A stretch of DNA of 64,000 nt. It comes from Vicinamibacterales bacterium. Lineage in GTDB: Bacteria; Acidobacteriota; Vicinamibacteria; Vicinamibacterales; UBA8438. The notes beneath the pieces are model-generated. The model was not told the origin of the DNA. It saw nothing but the letters and a program-made list of their open reading frames with translations, and made no database searches. The position numbers and the translations under genes are program-made. The stretch spans positions 898,462 to 962,461 of the forward strand of contig CBDBMW010000012.1 in the NCBI GenBank assembly GCA_965207595.1, written 5' to 3'. This document shows, piece after piece, positions 8,808 through 19,081 of this stretch (the stretch's first letter is position 1; every line of letters begins with the position of its first letter).

Positions 8808-10613
8808 ATGCGTGCGCGCATCATCTGGCTCACGGCCGGCCTGACCAGCGTCGCCGCCGGCATCGGCCTGGTGCTCGCGTCCGCCGTCGAGGGCGGTATC
8901 GCGTTCGTCGTGCTGGGCGCCGGCCTCCTCGCGGGAGGCGGCTTCGTGCGGCCGAAGCCACCCCCCGCTGACGCGGACGCGACTTCCCCCGACGACCTGA
9001 CTCGCCGCATCGCGGAGCTGCGGCACCTCGAGACGCGGTTGCTGGAAGGCGGGGTATCCCCGGCAGAGCGCGCGTACCACGAGCTGCGGCTGGGACGCGA
9101 CGTCGGCGACGGCCCGCCGGCGCCGGCGAACCCGGAAGACCTGAATGATGACGAGCGGCGCCTCGCGGAACTCGCCTCCCGCCGCTGCGAGCGCGTCTGG
9201 GAGGGCATCCGCGAGCGTCGCTACGTGCGCAGCGAGGACGGAAGGGTCGCCGACCTGAACGGCGGCGCCATCTTCGCCGAGGTCCGCGAGATCGTGCAGG
9301 AGGTCGCCGGCCTTTACCACGCGCAGTCGGACAATGCCGTGCTCGAGGTCCGTACCGGCGACATCGCGTTGGCCGTCCGCTCCGCCATCGGCGACCTGCT
9401 CCACCTGGTGAGCCAGGTCCCCTACGTCGACCCGGCCGCCTGGTCGATCCGCTCCGTGGTAGAGCGGCTGGAGCAGGCGCAGAAGGGGCTGGAGCTCTAC
9501 CGCAGAGTCTCGCCGTACCAGCCGTACCTGAACGCGGCCTCGGTGGCCGCCCGGCTGGCCCTCGGCGCGAATCCCATCACGCTGGCCGCCTGGACCGTGG
9601 GGAGCCAGGTCGCCTGGCGCGCGGGCGAGAAGGTGGTCCGCTCGTACGCCGAGACCTGGCTCAAGGACCTGCTGGAGACCTCGGTCGCCCTCGTCTACGT
9701 CCACGTCGCGCGCACCTACGACCCGCGCCGCGCCTACCGCGGCGCGGAATGGGCCGCGCTCGTCGAGGCCCTGCGCATCCACGCCCGCGTTCCCGGGGCC
9801 GACCATAACCGCAAGCTCCTGCTCGACCGCATCCTGGGCGCGCAGATCCCGGACGAATTCGCCAAGATGACGCTGCTCCGGGCGCTCGCCGCCGATCGCG
9901 CGCCGGATCCCCGGTCCGCGCCTGCCACCGACCTGGCGGCGCTCCGGCCGGAGGAGCGGAAGGCAGTCGCCGAGCGGCTGACCGACGTGCTCACCGCCAT
10001 GCGGGGACTGGATGCGCCGGAGGCCGCCGAGGCACTCCAAGATGTGGAGCGCCGGCTGCAGGCTCCGCTGGGGCTCGACCGCCCAGACTGCGGCCCTCCC
10101 GCCAAAACGCCGAAGCCCAGGGAGTTTGGCCGGCTCGCGGCGCGCGCCCGGGACCGGCTGGGCCTCGGCCGCCAGGCACCTCAGGCGGCAACGGACCCTT
10201 CGCGCCTGCGCGCCTTGCTGGCCTGCGCGGCCGCCTCGACGTGGTCGCCACGCTCGGTGCCAGCGATCCTGCGCGAGATCGCTAGGGGCGACGACCAGCC
10301 GCCGGTCGCGGTCTTCGAGGCGACGGACAGCCAGGGCCGAGCGAAGTGGTTGCTCTTCTTCGACGACCGGCTCTCCGTCGGTGACGTCCCCGGGGCACGG
10401 GTCCACGTCGGTGACGCCGCGCCAGAATCGCACGCCATCGGTGACGTGAAGTTTCTTCGCGACCGTGGCTGGCTCGCAGACGCCCTCGTCGTCAACTGCG
10501 GCAACCAGCGGTGGACGATCACGGGAAGCCGAACGCGGCGGTTTCGGTCGTACTTTGGTCCCCTGTTGCGGCGTCTCCGCCGCCGTGCCGAGGCGATTGA
10601 GCGTGCCCCGTGA
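8808..10613 (+). CDS. large membrane-anchored hypothetical protein
   Basis: ATG 8808 follows GGAGG. Two N-terminal hydrophobic segments (IIWLTAGLTSVAAGIGLVLASAV, IAFVVLGAGLLAGGG) are followed by a long helical-looking region. No family was recognised. Confidence 0.6.
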   Translation: MRARIIWLTAGLTSVAAGIGLVLASAVEGGIAFVVLGAGLLAGGGFVRPKPPPADADATSPDDLTRRIAELRHLETRLLEGGVSPAERAYHELRLGRDVGDGPPAPANPEDLNDDERRLAELASRRCERVWEGIRERRYVRSEDGRVADLNGGAIFAEVREIVQEVAGLYHAQSDNAVLEVRTGDIALAVRSAIGDLLHLVSQVPYVDPAAWSIRSVVERLEQAQKGLELYRRVSPYQPYLNAASVAARLALGANPITLAAWTVGSQVAWRAGEKVVRSYAETWLKDLLETSVALVYVHVARTYDPRRAYRGAEWAALVEALRIHARVPGADHNRKLLLDRILGAQIPDEFAKMTLLRALAADRAPDPRSAPATDLAALRPEERKAVAERLTDVLTAMRGLDAPEAAEALQDVERRLQAPLGLDRPDCGPPAKTPKPREFGRLAARARDRLGLGRQAPQAATDPSRLRALLACAAASTWSPRSVPAILREIARGDDQPPVAVFEATDSQGRAKWLLFFDDRLSVGDVPGARVHVGDAAPESHAIGDVKFLRDRGWLADALVVNCGNQRWTITGSRTRRFRSYFGPLLRRLRRRAEAIERAP

Positions 10614-11027
10614 AGAACTGAGTCTGTCGCAAGAAAGCGGTACCAGCTACTGTTGTCCGACACACGACACCGTCGCACGAGATCGTCCGCCTACCTGCGG
10701 CCCCCTCGAGAAGGCTGCGATCTGCACGTGCGTCACAGAAGCGTCTGAGATACGCTTCCCGAGAATGTGGCTATGTGCCGCTGCATCACACTGGCGAGCG
10801 TTGCGCTCTGGGAGATGACGGGCTCACCGAGCGGGCCGAATCGTGAGCTCAGTGGGGCTACGCGTGGACAGGATTGGCATCATGCCGCCCTCTATTGACT
10901 GTGGCTCTGCACACCCGACGGGAGCCCCCGACGAAGCGCCGTGACGGACCTGACGATGTACCAAGCGGCAACGTCGACCGAGCCCTGAATCGCGGAGTCT
11001 CAGACTCGGGACACCTCCCCCAGGGCC

Positions 11028-11393
11028 ATGCGCTTTCCTCCGACTCCTCGAGTCGAACCGACGGCGACTCTGCATGTCCTGCAGGAGTGGGAGGGCTATG
11101 TCGTTGACATCTCCGGCGATACGCTGCAGGCCCGGTTGGTCGACGTGACCGCCGGCTCGACTCACGAGGAAGAAGAAGCGGTCATTCCTCTCGTGCAGTT
11201 CTCCGCGCGAGAGCTGGCCGGCGTTAGGGTGGGCAGCGTCTTCCGCTGGGCCATCGGGTACGAGCGGTCTGCGACCGGGACAAGGAAGCCTGTATCCAAC
11301 ATCGCGTTTCGCGACCCTCCCAGGATGACAGAGCGCGACTTCCGGGAAGGACGGCGGTGGGCGCGCGAAACCCTGCGGGCGTTCAAGCGGTGA
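11028..11393 (+). CDS. small hypothetical protein
   Basis: The 121-aa ORF has non-repetitive, balanced composition (..LQEWEGYVVDISGDTLQARLVDVT..FRWAIGYERS..). No clear RBS was seen. Confidence 0.4.
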   Translation: MRFPPTPRVEPTATLHVLQEWEGYVVDISGDTLQARLVDVTAGSTHEEEEAVIPLVQFSARELAGVRVGSVFRWAIGYERSATGTRKPVSNIAFRDPPRMTERDFREGRRWARETLRAFKR

Positions 11394-11458
11394 CGCCCGC
11401 GCCACGCCCGGCGGAGCACTCCGCCATCCGCGCCGCGTAGACCCGGCAGGAGCCCGAG

Positions 11459-12153
11459 GTGCGAGTGGATAATGAAGAGAAACGGGCCGAGGAGAAGCGT
11501 TGGCCTCAGGCCGAAGAGTTCTTGGAGTGGCTGACGGAGAAGGCGTTGGGGGCGTACCTGGGCTGCTCCCCGGCGACATACGGCTGTCGTCCGCCCGCGA
11601 GCTGGCCGAGGAGTACCTGAACGACGGCTCCTATCAGGATCCGGACGAGCGGGTCGAGGCACTGATCCGGTTTGAGTCGGCCAAGAGCTTCGCGGCTGGT
11701 TTCGTCTGCGGGCTGGGCGGAATCTTGACAATCCCCATCGCCCTGCCCGGGGCACTGGCGGCCTCCTGGATCATTCAAGCCAGAATGGCTGCCGCGATTG
11801 CCCGCATCTATGGTCACGATCTCGACGAGGACAGAGTGAAGACAGTCGTCTTGCTGTCACTCCTGGGCAGACCGGCCCTGGACGTCCTGAGGCAAGCTGG
11901 CGTGACGATCGGGAAGAAGCTCAGCACGCAGCTTGTCAACCAGATCCCGGGTCGGTTTCTGATTGAGATAAACAAGCGGGTCGGCTTCCGACTGCTGACG
12001 AAGGCCGGTGAGAAGGGCGTCGTCAACATCATCAAGGTGGTACCCGTCGTAGGCGGCGGAATCGGTGGAGCGCTTGACGCAGCTACCTGCAGGGCGACCG
12101 GTGAAGTCGCGCGGTCACTCTTCCGCGACGAGGCGCTCGTTCGAGGTCCGTAG
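11459..12153 (+). pseudogene. EcsC family protein with an apparent 1-nt frameshift in its N-terminal region
   Basis: The C-terminal 200 aa (frame of track ORF 11500..12153) match the EcsC pattern (..GFVCGLGGILTIPIALPGALAASWIIQARMAAAIARIYGHDL..VPVVGGGIGGALDA..). An EcsC-like N-terminus (EEFLEWLTEKALG) lies in another frame, starting at GTG 11459/11465. The two frames meet at a G5 run at 11548-11552. Confidence 0.6.
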
Positions 12154-12281
12154 CAGCCGCGAGTGCGTCGAAGCCGATCCCGCGCCTCGACTTGTGGCGC
12201 CGCGCTGCAGTGGCTGCGGCCGGGGAGAACGTGCTTCCCCGGCCGCTCGGATGGCGGACTCGAGCGCGAGTCTGGCGACCC

Positions 12282-13655
12282 CTACGACAGGCCGGTCAGC
12301 TCCCGCAACGTTCCCGTACTGTCGCCGAAGCGCTCCATCGGGACGCCGAGCATCTGCAGCATGGTGAGCTGCAGGTTGGTCATCGGGTTGGCGTCGGGCT
12401 GATAGACCAGGTGGCGGTCGCCCTTGATCTGTCCGCCGCCGTGGCCGACCAGCAGGAGCGGGACGTTGTTGTACACGTGCGCGTCGCCGTCCCGGAGGGC
12501 CGCGCCGTAGAGCAGCATCACGTTGTCGATCAGCGAGCCGTCGCCTTCCGGCGTGGCGGCCATCCTGGCCACGAACTCGCTGAAGAGCTGCACGTGGTAC
12601 TGGTTGATCTTCGTGACCTTCTCGATCTTCTCGACGTCGCCCCGGTGGTGCGTCAGCGGATGGTGCGGGTCCGGGACGCCGATCTGCGGATACGTGGTGC
12701 CGCTCTGCTCGCGGCCGATCATGTAGGTGAAGACCCGCGTGACGTCGGTCTGGTAGGCCAGCAGGAGCAGCTCATACATCAGCCGCGCGTGATCGTCGAA
12801 CGAGACGGGGATGCCGGCCGGTGAGTCGAGCAGCGGCAGCTCCCGGTCGGCCTGCCGCTCGGCGATCTCGATGCGCCGCTCGATCTCGCGGACCGCGTCG
12901 AGGTAGTTGTCGAGCTTGCGCCGGTCCTCGCCGTCGAGGTCTCCCCGGAGGCTGGCCACCTTGTCCATCACCGCGTCGAGGATGCTGCGCTGCTGCTGCG
13001 CGCGCGCCAGCCGCACCCCGGCATCCGTGCTCCCGGCATCGCCGAAGAGCCGCTCGAACACCATGCGCGGGTTGGTCTCGCGCGGCATCGGCGTCGACCG
13101 GTCGTGCCACGAGATGTTGAGGTAGGCGCAACTGTAGCCGCTGTCGCAGGTGCTGACGCCGTTGAACGTGTCGGCGCCCTCGAGCGACAGCTCCAGCGAC
13201 GGGAGGCGCGTCTCCTTGCCGACCGACTGCGCCGCGTACTGGTCCATCGACGTGCCGAGGTCGAGCTCCGAGCCCTGCGTCTGCTCGGCGTGAATGCCGG
13301 TCAGGAACGCCGCCGCGGGCCGCGAGTGGGACCCCAGCGCCTCGCCGGGGCGCGCGAAGGCGGCCCGGTTGTCGAGGTTGGTGAGGATCGTCAGGTGCTT
13401 CCGGACCGGCTCCATCGGCCGCAGCAGCCGCGGCAGCTCGAACCCCGGCTCGTCGGTCGCAGGCGTCCAGTTGCCGTTCCGCGTGATGATGCCGTTGGGC
13501 ACGTACACCACGCCGAGCCGCTTCGCGGGACGGGCCGCCGTGCGCGTGAGGGCCGTCAGCGCCGGCACCATCCCGTCGAGGAGCGGCAACGCCAACGCCG
13601 TGCCGACGCCGCGCAGCACCGTGCGGCGCGGGATGGCCTTCTTCGTGACGATCAT
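12282..13655 (-). CDS. DUF1552 domain protein (twin-arginine signal)
   Basis: The N-terminus MIVTKKAIPRRTVLRGVGTALALPLLDGM is typical of DUF1552. GGAGG lies upstream. An ATGA overlap links it to the upstream gene's stop. Confidence 0.85.
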   Translation of the reverse strand: MIVTKKAIPRRTVLRGVGTALALPLLDGMVPALTALTRTAARPAKRLGVVYVPNGIITRNGNWTPATDEPGFELPRLLRPMEPVRKHLTILTNLDNRAAFARPGEALGSHSRPAAAFLTGIHAEQTQGSELDLGTSMDQYAAQSVGKETRLPSLELSLEGADTFNGVSTCDSGYSCAYLNISWHDRSTPMPRETNPRMVFERLFGDAGSTDAGVRLARAQQQRSILDAVMDKVASLRGDLDGEDRRKLDNYLDAVREIERRIEIAERQADRELPLLDSPAGIPVSFDDHARLMYELLLLAYQTDVTRVFTYMIGREQSGTTYPQIGVPDPHHPLTHHRGDVEKIEKVTKINQYHVQLFSEFVARMAATPEGDGSLIDNVMLLYGAALRDGDAHVYNNVPLLLVGHGGGQIKGDRHLVYQPDANPMTNLQLTMLQMLGVPMERFGDSTGTLRELTGLS

Positions 13656-16309
13656 GATCCCCTCCTCAACTGAAACGGTGCGCTCTCGACGACGCCCTGC
13701 ACCAGCGCCGACCAGCGGTAGTCGCTCTCCTCGGCGTTCCGCACGATACGGCGGACCACCGGCCTATCGTAATACTCCAGCCGCCTCCCGAGGGCATACG
13801 TCAGCAACTTCTCGGCCACCGTCCGGACGAACTGCTGCCGGCGGTCGAGCAGCAGCTCCCGGAGCCCGGCCGGACCCTCGAAGCGGTGCCCGTCCGGCGT
13901 CACCCCGGAAGCATCGATGACGGGGCCCCGCTGTCCGGGGATCCGCGGGTCGTCGGTGGTGCGCCAGCGCCCGATGGCGTCGAAGTTGTCGAGCGAGAAC
14001 CCGAGCGGATCCGTCAGGCGGTGGCAGACGGCGCAGCTCGGATTGGCGCGGTGCGCCTCCATCCGCTCGCGCTGCGACGTCGGCGCCGCCCCGTCCCCGC
14101 CGCTCTCCTCCAGCGGGGGGACGTTGGCCGGCGGCGCCGGGGGCGGCGCCCCGAGCACCCGCTCGAGCAGCCACTTGCCGCGGTTCACCACCGACGTGCG
14201 CGTGGAGTAGGAAGTCAGCGTCAGGATGCTCCCCTTGCCGATCAGGCCCGCCCGGCGGTCGTCGGGCAGCGTCACTCGCCGGAAGTGGTTGCCGTAGACG
14301 TCCGGAATGCCGTAGTGGCGGGCGAGCCGCTCGTTCACGAAGGTGTAGTCCGCCTGCAGGAGATCGAGCGCGCTCCGGTCCTCCCGGAGCTGGCTGGCGA
14401 GGAAGAGCTCCGTCTCGCGCTGCATGGCGTCGCGCAGGTTCTCGTCGAACGCCGGGAAGATGGTCGGGTCGGGCGCGACGTTGCGGATCTTGTGGAGCTC
14501 CAGCCAGAGGTCGAAGAAGTTGCGCGAGAGGCGCTCCGAGCGGGGGTCGGCCAGCATCCGCCGCACCTGCCGCTCCAGCCCCTCCGGGTCCGAGAGCGCA
14601 CGCCGCTCGGCAGCGGCGAGCAGCGCGTCGTCCGGAACGCTGTTCCAGAGGAAGAACGAGAGCCGGGATGCCAGCTCCAGATCGTCCATGCGGTAGACGA
14701 CGGCGCCGGCGTCCGCCGGCGGGCGCGGCACGCGGAACAGGAACTCGGGATCGACGAGGACACGCTCCAGGACGGTCTGGACCCCGGCGTCGAAGTCGCC
14801 CCGCCGACGCCCCGACTCGAAGAAGCCGAACAGGTGCTCCACGTCCGCCGCGGTCACCGGTCGCCGGTAGGCGCGCCGCGCGAGCGTCGTGATGATCTCC
14901 CTCGCGCAGCGTTCCTCCCCGTCGCCGTCCGCGGGCGAGCAGACGAAGATCCGCTGCCGGCTCGCCACCTCGGTTGGGGTCATCCCGTCGAACGGCCCGC
15001 CGATGACGACGTTCCCGACGGCGGGGTTGCCGCCCATCTCCTCGTCGGTGCTGTAGCCGAACGTCGACATGTCGACCGGCGGCTGCAGCACGCCTTCCTC
15101 GAGGGCGGGATTGCGGACGAACGCCACGCCGACCGTGCGGAGGCCCGCCGGCACCTGCACGCGCACCTCGAAGTCGTCGTCGGCGTGGTTGGCGTACCAC
15201 TCCCACTCGGCCCCGCCCATGCCGGAGCTGCCGCAGAAGCTCGCGATGCAGCGCTCGGCATCGTCGCTCAGCCCCCCGCCGGCCACGAACGTGGCCACCC
15301 GGACGCCGTCCACGCGCACGTCGAGCGGGTGCGCGGTGTTGCCGATGCCGCGGATGTAGTTGTAGAAGTTCCGGCGCAGCCCCACCCGGATGCTGTACTC
15401 CCCGTCGAGCGGGAAGTAGTGGCGCACGGCGATGCCGCCGCGGGTGCCGAACGGCAGGTCCTCGCTGGTGTGGTCGTCCTGGATCTCGCGGTCGGGCACG
15501 CGGTAGGTGTCGAAGCGGGGCCGCAGGGTGGAGTCGCCGATGGCGAGCTGGCTCACCTGGCGCGCCGCGTAGAGGTAGCGCTCCATCAGCGTCGGCGAGA
15601 CGGAGAGCACGTCGGCGATGTTGTCGAAGCCCTCGTCCTCGTCGTCCGGCGGCAGCAGGGCCTCCGGGTCGATCTCGATCCCGAGCAGGTCGCGGATGGC
15701 GTTCCCGTACTGCACACGGTTCAGGCGATGGACGGTCGTGCGGCCCGGGTTCGGGTCGTCGGCCGCCGCGCGGTCGAGCTCGGCCTCGAGCCAGCCCGCG
15801 ACGGCATCGTAGGTGTCGGCGTCGGGGCGCGGCCGGCCGGCGGGCGGCATCATCCCGGCCCGGAGCTTGAGCGCCACCTGCTCCCACTCCGCGCGGTGCG
15901 CACGCACCTCCCCGGTGTCGAGCCCCTGCAGAGAGACCGGGACGAGGCCCGCCGCCTGCCCCCGGTCCGTGTGACAGGTGAGGCAGTAGCGACCCAGCAT
16001 CGCTCGCACCGACTCTGCGGACGCTGCCGCCGACTCATGGGCCGCCGTAGTCCTGGGCGCGGCGGACGGAGATGCCGCGGTAGCCCTCGCTGTCTGCAAG
16101 AATGGAACCGCTGCGACCGAGGTCATCGTCGAAACGGGCGCCGCCGCCGACGCAGCCCCCGGATCGTGTGGGCCCCGCATCTCCGGGCCGGCCGCCACGG
16201 CGGCCGACAGGCAGAGACTCGCGGTTGCCACGAGTCCGGCCCGGAGGCCGAATGACCGGACCCCCGAGATCCAGCCCGGCTTCGCTACGCTCGCTCGCGC
16301 TTGGAGCAT
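13652..16309 (-). CDS. DUF1592/DUF1588/DUF1595-type protein with cytochrome c motif
   Basis: Track ORF was trimmed to ATG 16309 (MLQARASVAKPGW..). It carries CLTCH and, near the C-terminus, CAVCH. The architecture is the one usually paired with DUF1552. Confidence 0.8.
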   Translation of the reverse strand: MLQARASVAKPGWISGVRSFGLRAGLVATASLCLSAAVAAGPEMRGPHDPGAASAAAPVSTMTSVAAVPFLQTARATAASPSAAPRTTAAHESAAASAESVRAMLGRYCLTCHTDRGQAAGLVPVSLQGLDTGEVRAHRAEWEQVALKLRAGMMPPAGRPRPDADTYDAVAGWLEAELDRAAADDPNPGRTTVHRLNRVQYGNAIRDLLGIEIDPEALLPPDDEDEGFDNIADVLSVSPTLMERYLYAARQVSQLAIGDSTLRPRFDTYRVPDREIQDDHTSEDLPFGTRGGIAVRHYFPLDGEYSIRVGLRRNFYNYIRGIGNTAHPLDVRVDGVRVATFVAGGGLSDDAERCIASFCGSSGMGGAEWEWYANHADDDFEVRVQVPAGLRTVGVAFVRNPALEEGVLQPPVDMSTFGYSTDEEMGGNPAVGNVVIGGPFDGMTPTEVASRQRIFVCSPADGDGEERCAREIITTLARRAYRRPVTAADVEHLFGFFESGRRRGDFDAGVQTVLERVLVDPEFLFRVPRPPADAGAVVYRMDDLELASRLSFFLWNSVPDDALLAAAERRALSDPEGLERQVRRMLADPRSERLSRNFFDLWLELHKIRNVAPDPTIFPAFDENLRDAMQRETELFLASQLREDRSALDLLQADYTFVNERLARHYGIPDVYGNHFRRVTLPDDRRAGLIGKGSILTLTSYSTRTSVVNRGKWLLERVLGAPPPAPPANVPPLEESGGDGAAPTSQRERMEAHRANPSCAVCHRLTDPLGFSLDNFDAIGRWRTTDDPRIPGQRGPVIDASGVTPDGHRFEGPAGLRELLLDRRQQFVRTVAEKLLTYALGRRLEYYDRPVVRRIVRNAEESDYRWSALVQGVVESAPFQLRRGS

Positions 16310-16487
16310 CTCGTCACCCTCTTCCGGTCCGGACGACGTACGGCGCTTCCTGCCTTGTCGGCCCCGCGGGCACCGTCCTGCGGCAGTCCACCTGATGGCG
16401 AGCCAGCCCGCCGTTTTCGTCGCCTGACGGCTCCGCCCGGCGCCCAACCAGCCCTCCGAAAGTCGTCGCCGTTCTCCGGCACAGCTC

Positions 16488-17918
16488 CTAGCCTGCACAC
16501 CGGACGAGTTGCCCACCCTCGAGACACATCATCTGGCGCGGTGTCCGCGCGGCCTCGTTCGCCGCGTCGAGGTCGCCGCCGTGGTCGACGAGGAGCTCGA
16601 CCACCGCGGGCCATGCCTTGTAGACGGCGGAGTGCAACGCGGTGTCGCCTGCCGCGTTGCGCACGCCCACGTCGGCGCCGAGCGCGAGCGCGAGCCGCGT
16701 AGCGGCCAGGTTCGGCTGCTCGTCGGCGTGCAGCGCCTCGGCCACCTCGGGCGGAACGCGGCGGTTGTGCCGGTCGATCTCGCCGTTGCTCCAGCGGGCC
16801 CCGGCCGCCATCATCAGCGGCGTCGTGCCGTCCCACAGCGGCAGGAAGGGATCCGCGCCGGCCTCGGCCAGGACGCGCATGATGCCGACGTCGGCGTACT
16901 TGGCGGCCAGCAGGAAGGGCGTCGCGCCCGCCAGGGAACCCGGCAGCACCCACCAGTGGGTCGCGCGCGGCACCCGGCTCCCCCGCGTGAGGCGGATGTC
17001 GGGGTCGGCACCGTGCGCGAGGAGCGTCCGCACCAGCCGCGTGTCGGCGCGCAGCACCGCGGTGTGGAGCGCTGCATAGCCGGCGCCGGCCGCGTTCGGC
17101 TCGGCGCCGCGGCGCAGCAGGAACGCGGCCAGCTCGTCGTGGCCGCTGAAGCTGGCGACGACCAGTGCCGACGCACCGTCGGGGGCCGTCTCGTTCACGT
17201 CCGCTCCCGCGTCGAGCAGCAACCGGGCGCTCTCGACGCTTCCCTGTCGGGCCGCGAACAGCAGCGGCGTGAAGCCCCCCAGCGGCAGATCTGCCGCCCC
17301 GTCGGCGCCGCCGCCGCCCAGGCTGACGAGGAGCGACCGGCTTTCGGAGCGCGCGCCGACGTCGGCGCCGTGCGCCAGAAGCAGGCGCACGACATCGGGA
17401 TGCCCCTGCGCCGCCGCCCACATCAGCGCCGTCTGCCCCCGCGACGCCTCCCGCGCGTTGACCGCGCCATGGCCTGCGGCAAGCATCGCCGCCACCCCGT
17501 CCGCGCTCCCGGTTCGAGCGCAGGTCATGAGCGCCGTCTCGCCCATCGAGGTGGCCGCGTCCGGGTCCGCGCCCGCGGCGAGCAGCCGCTCTGTCAGCGA
17601 GCCGTTGCGGTTGATGCAGGCGAGCGCGAGGGGCGTGACGCCGTAGTCGTTCGCAGCGTCGACCGCGGCGCCCGCGCCCAGCAGGAGCTCGACCGCCTCG
17701 GCATCGTCCCAGCGAACGGCCCAGTGGAGCGGCGTCGCGCCGTCGCCTTCGGGCGCGCTGGGGTTGGCGCCCTGATCGAGCAGGGTCCGCAGCGCCGCGT
17801 AGTCGCGGCCGCGGACGGCCTCCTTCAGCCGTCCGTCGGATGCTTCGGCGACGGCTGCCACCCCCGACAGGCACGCGGCCACCGACGCGACGAGCGCCCC
17901 GCGAACCGCGCTGCGCAT
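16488..17918 (-). CDS. secreted ankyrin-repeat protein
   Basis: Track ORF was trimmed to ATG 17918, which has GGAGGGAG upstream. It has a signal peptide and many G.TPLH.A...G......LL..GAD repeats. Confidence 0.85.
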   Translation of the reverse strand: MRSAVRGALVASVAACLSGVAAVAEASDGRLKEAVRGRDYAALRTLLDQGANPSAPEGDGATPLHWAVRWDDAEAVELLLGAGAAVDAANDYGVTPLALACINRNGSLTERLLAAGADPDAATSMGETALMTCARTGSADGVAAMLAAGHGAVNAREASRGQTALMWAAAQGHPDVVRLLLAHGADVGARSESRSLLVSLGGGGADGAADLPLGGFTPLLFAARQGSVESARLLLDAGADVNETAPDGASALVVASFSGHDELAAFLLRRGAEPNAAGAGYAALHTAVLRADTRLVRTLLAHGADPDIRLTRGSRVPRATHWWVLPGSLAGATPFLLAAKYADVGIMRVLAEAGADPFLPLWDGTTPLMMAAGARWSNGEIDRHNRRVPPEVAEALHADEQPNLAATRLALALGADVGVRNAAGDTALHSAVYKAWPAVVELLVDHGGDLDAANEAARTPRQMMCLEGGQLVRCAG

Positions 17919-18129
17919 GCTCCCTCCTTCCGCAACCGCCGCGAGGTTCCTCCGCCGCGCCGAACGCCACCGCCGCAACAGCCGGCGCCCCGTGCAGGCC
18001 GCGTGATCCGGTGGCAATTGTCGGGCGCCGTGATCCTGCGCGGCCCGTCGTTGACCACCACCTGCGACGACACACCGCATTCTATCCACTGGGGGCCGCT
18101 GGGGGAACCGGGGAGGCGCGGCCTCGGGG

Positions 18130-18933
18130 TCACTGCGCGTCGCCGAGCGCGTCGTCGATCTCCTGCACGATGGCGGCGGCCGCCGAGGCCCGGTCCGGCG
18201 CGTTCAGCACGGGGCGCCCGACGACGAGATAGTCCGCGCCGGCGGCTATCGCCGCGGCCGGCGTCGTGCTCCGCTTGTGGTCGTCGGTCCCCGACCCGGC
18301 GGGCCGGATGCCGGGACTGACGATCCGGACGCGCGGCGTCGCGTCCTTCGGCCAGCGTCGCCGGCAGAGCGCGATGGCGTCGCCGGAGGCGATCACGCCG
18401 TCGCAGCCGCTCGCTATCGCGGCCTCCGCGCGCCCGAGGATCCACTCGTCGAGCGTCATCCCGCGGGCCGCGTCCGCCGGTGCGATGGCCGCCAGATCGC
18501 CCGCGTCGAGGCTGGAGACGAAGGGGACCGTCAGCAGGAAGGGCGTCTCCCGCGAGCCGCGGGCTGCTTTCGCCGCGGCGATGTCCCGTCCCTGCAGGCT
18601 CTCGTGCAGCGTCAGGAAGCGGACCGCCGGGTCGTCCGCGAGGTCGCCCACGACGCTGGCCACCGTGTTCCCGATGTCCGGCACCTTGAGGTCGACGAAG
18701 ACGGTCCGGGGGCCGCTGGTGACCTCCTTCCAGAGACGATCGAGGCCTCCCGATCGCAACCCGGCCATCAGCAGCCGCCATCCGACCTTGAACGCGCGCA
18801 CGTCGGCCAGCTCGTCGACGATCCGCAACGCGTCGTCGACGCTGCCCACGTCGAGTGCGACGATCAATCGATCGCGACCGGTCAAGCCCCTCACCTCCTG
18901 CTTCGCCGGAGACGAGGGTCGACCGTATCCCAT
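18130..18933 (-). CDS. pyrF: orotidine 5'-phosphate decarboxylase
   Basis: The motifs LIVALDV.., FKVG.., VFVDLKVPDIGNTV and ..YLVVGRPV are characteristic OMP decarboxylase motifs. Confidence 0.85.
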   Translation of the reverse strand: MGYGRPSSPAKQEVRGLTGRDRLIVALDVGSVDDALRIVDELADVRAFKVGWRLLMAGLRSGGLDRLWKEVTSGPRTVFVDLKVPDIGNTVASVVGDLADDPAVRFLTLHESLQGRDIAAAKAARGSRETPFLLTVPFVSSLDAGDLAAIAPADAARGMTLDEWILGRAEAAIASGCDGVIASGDAIALCRRRWPKDATPRVRIVSPGIRPAGSGTDDHKRSTTPAAAIAAGADYLVVGRPVLNAPDRASAAAAIVQEIDDALGDAQ

Positions 18934-19081
18934 CTCCGCGATGCAGGCCAGCCGGCGCCGCGACCAGCGCGCGCCGGTCCGCGCAGTCGCCCAACGCGTC
19001 CGTGAGGGCGCGCGGGCGCGTTACGATGGCAGGGTAGGCCGTGTCGCGCCGCTCGATCACGCCGACCGCAAAGGAGACCTC

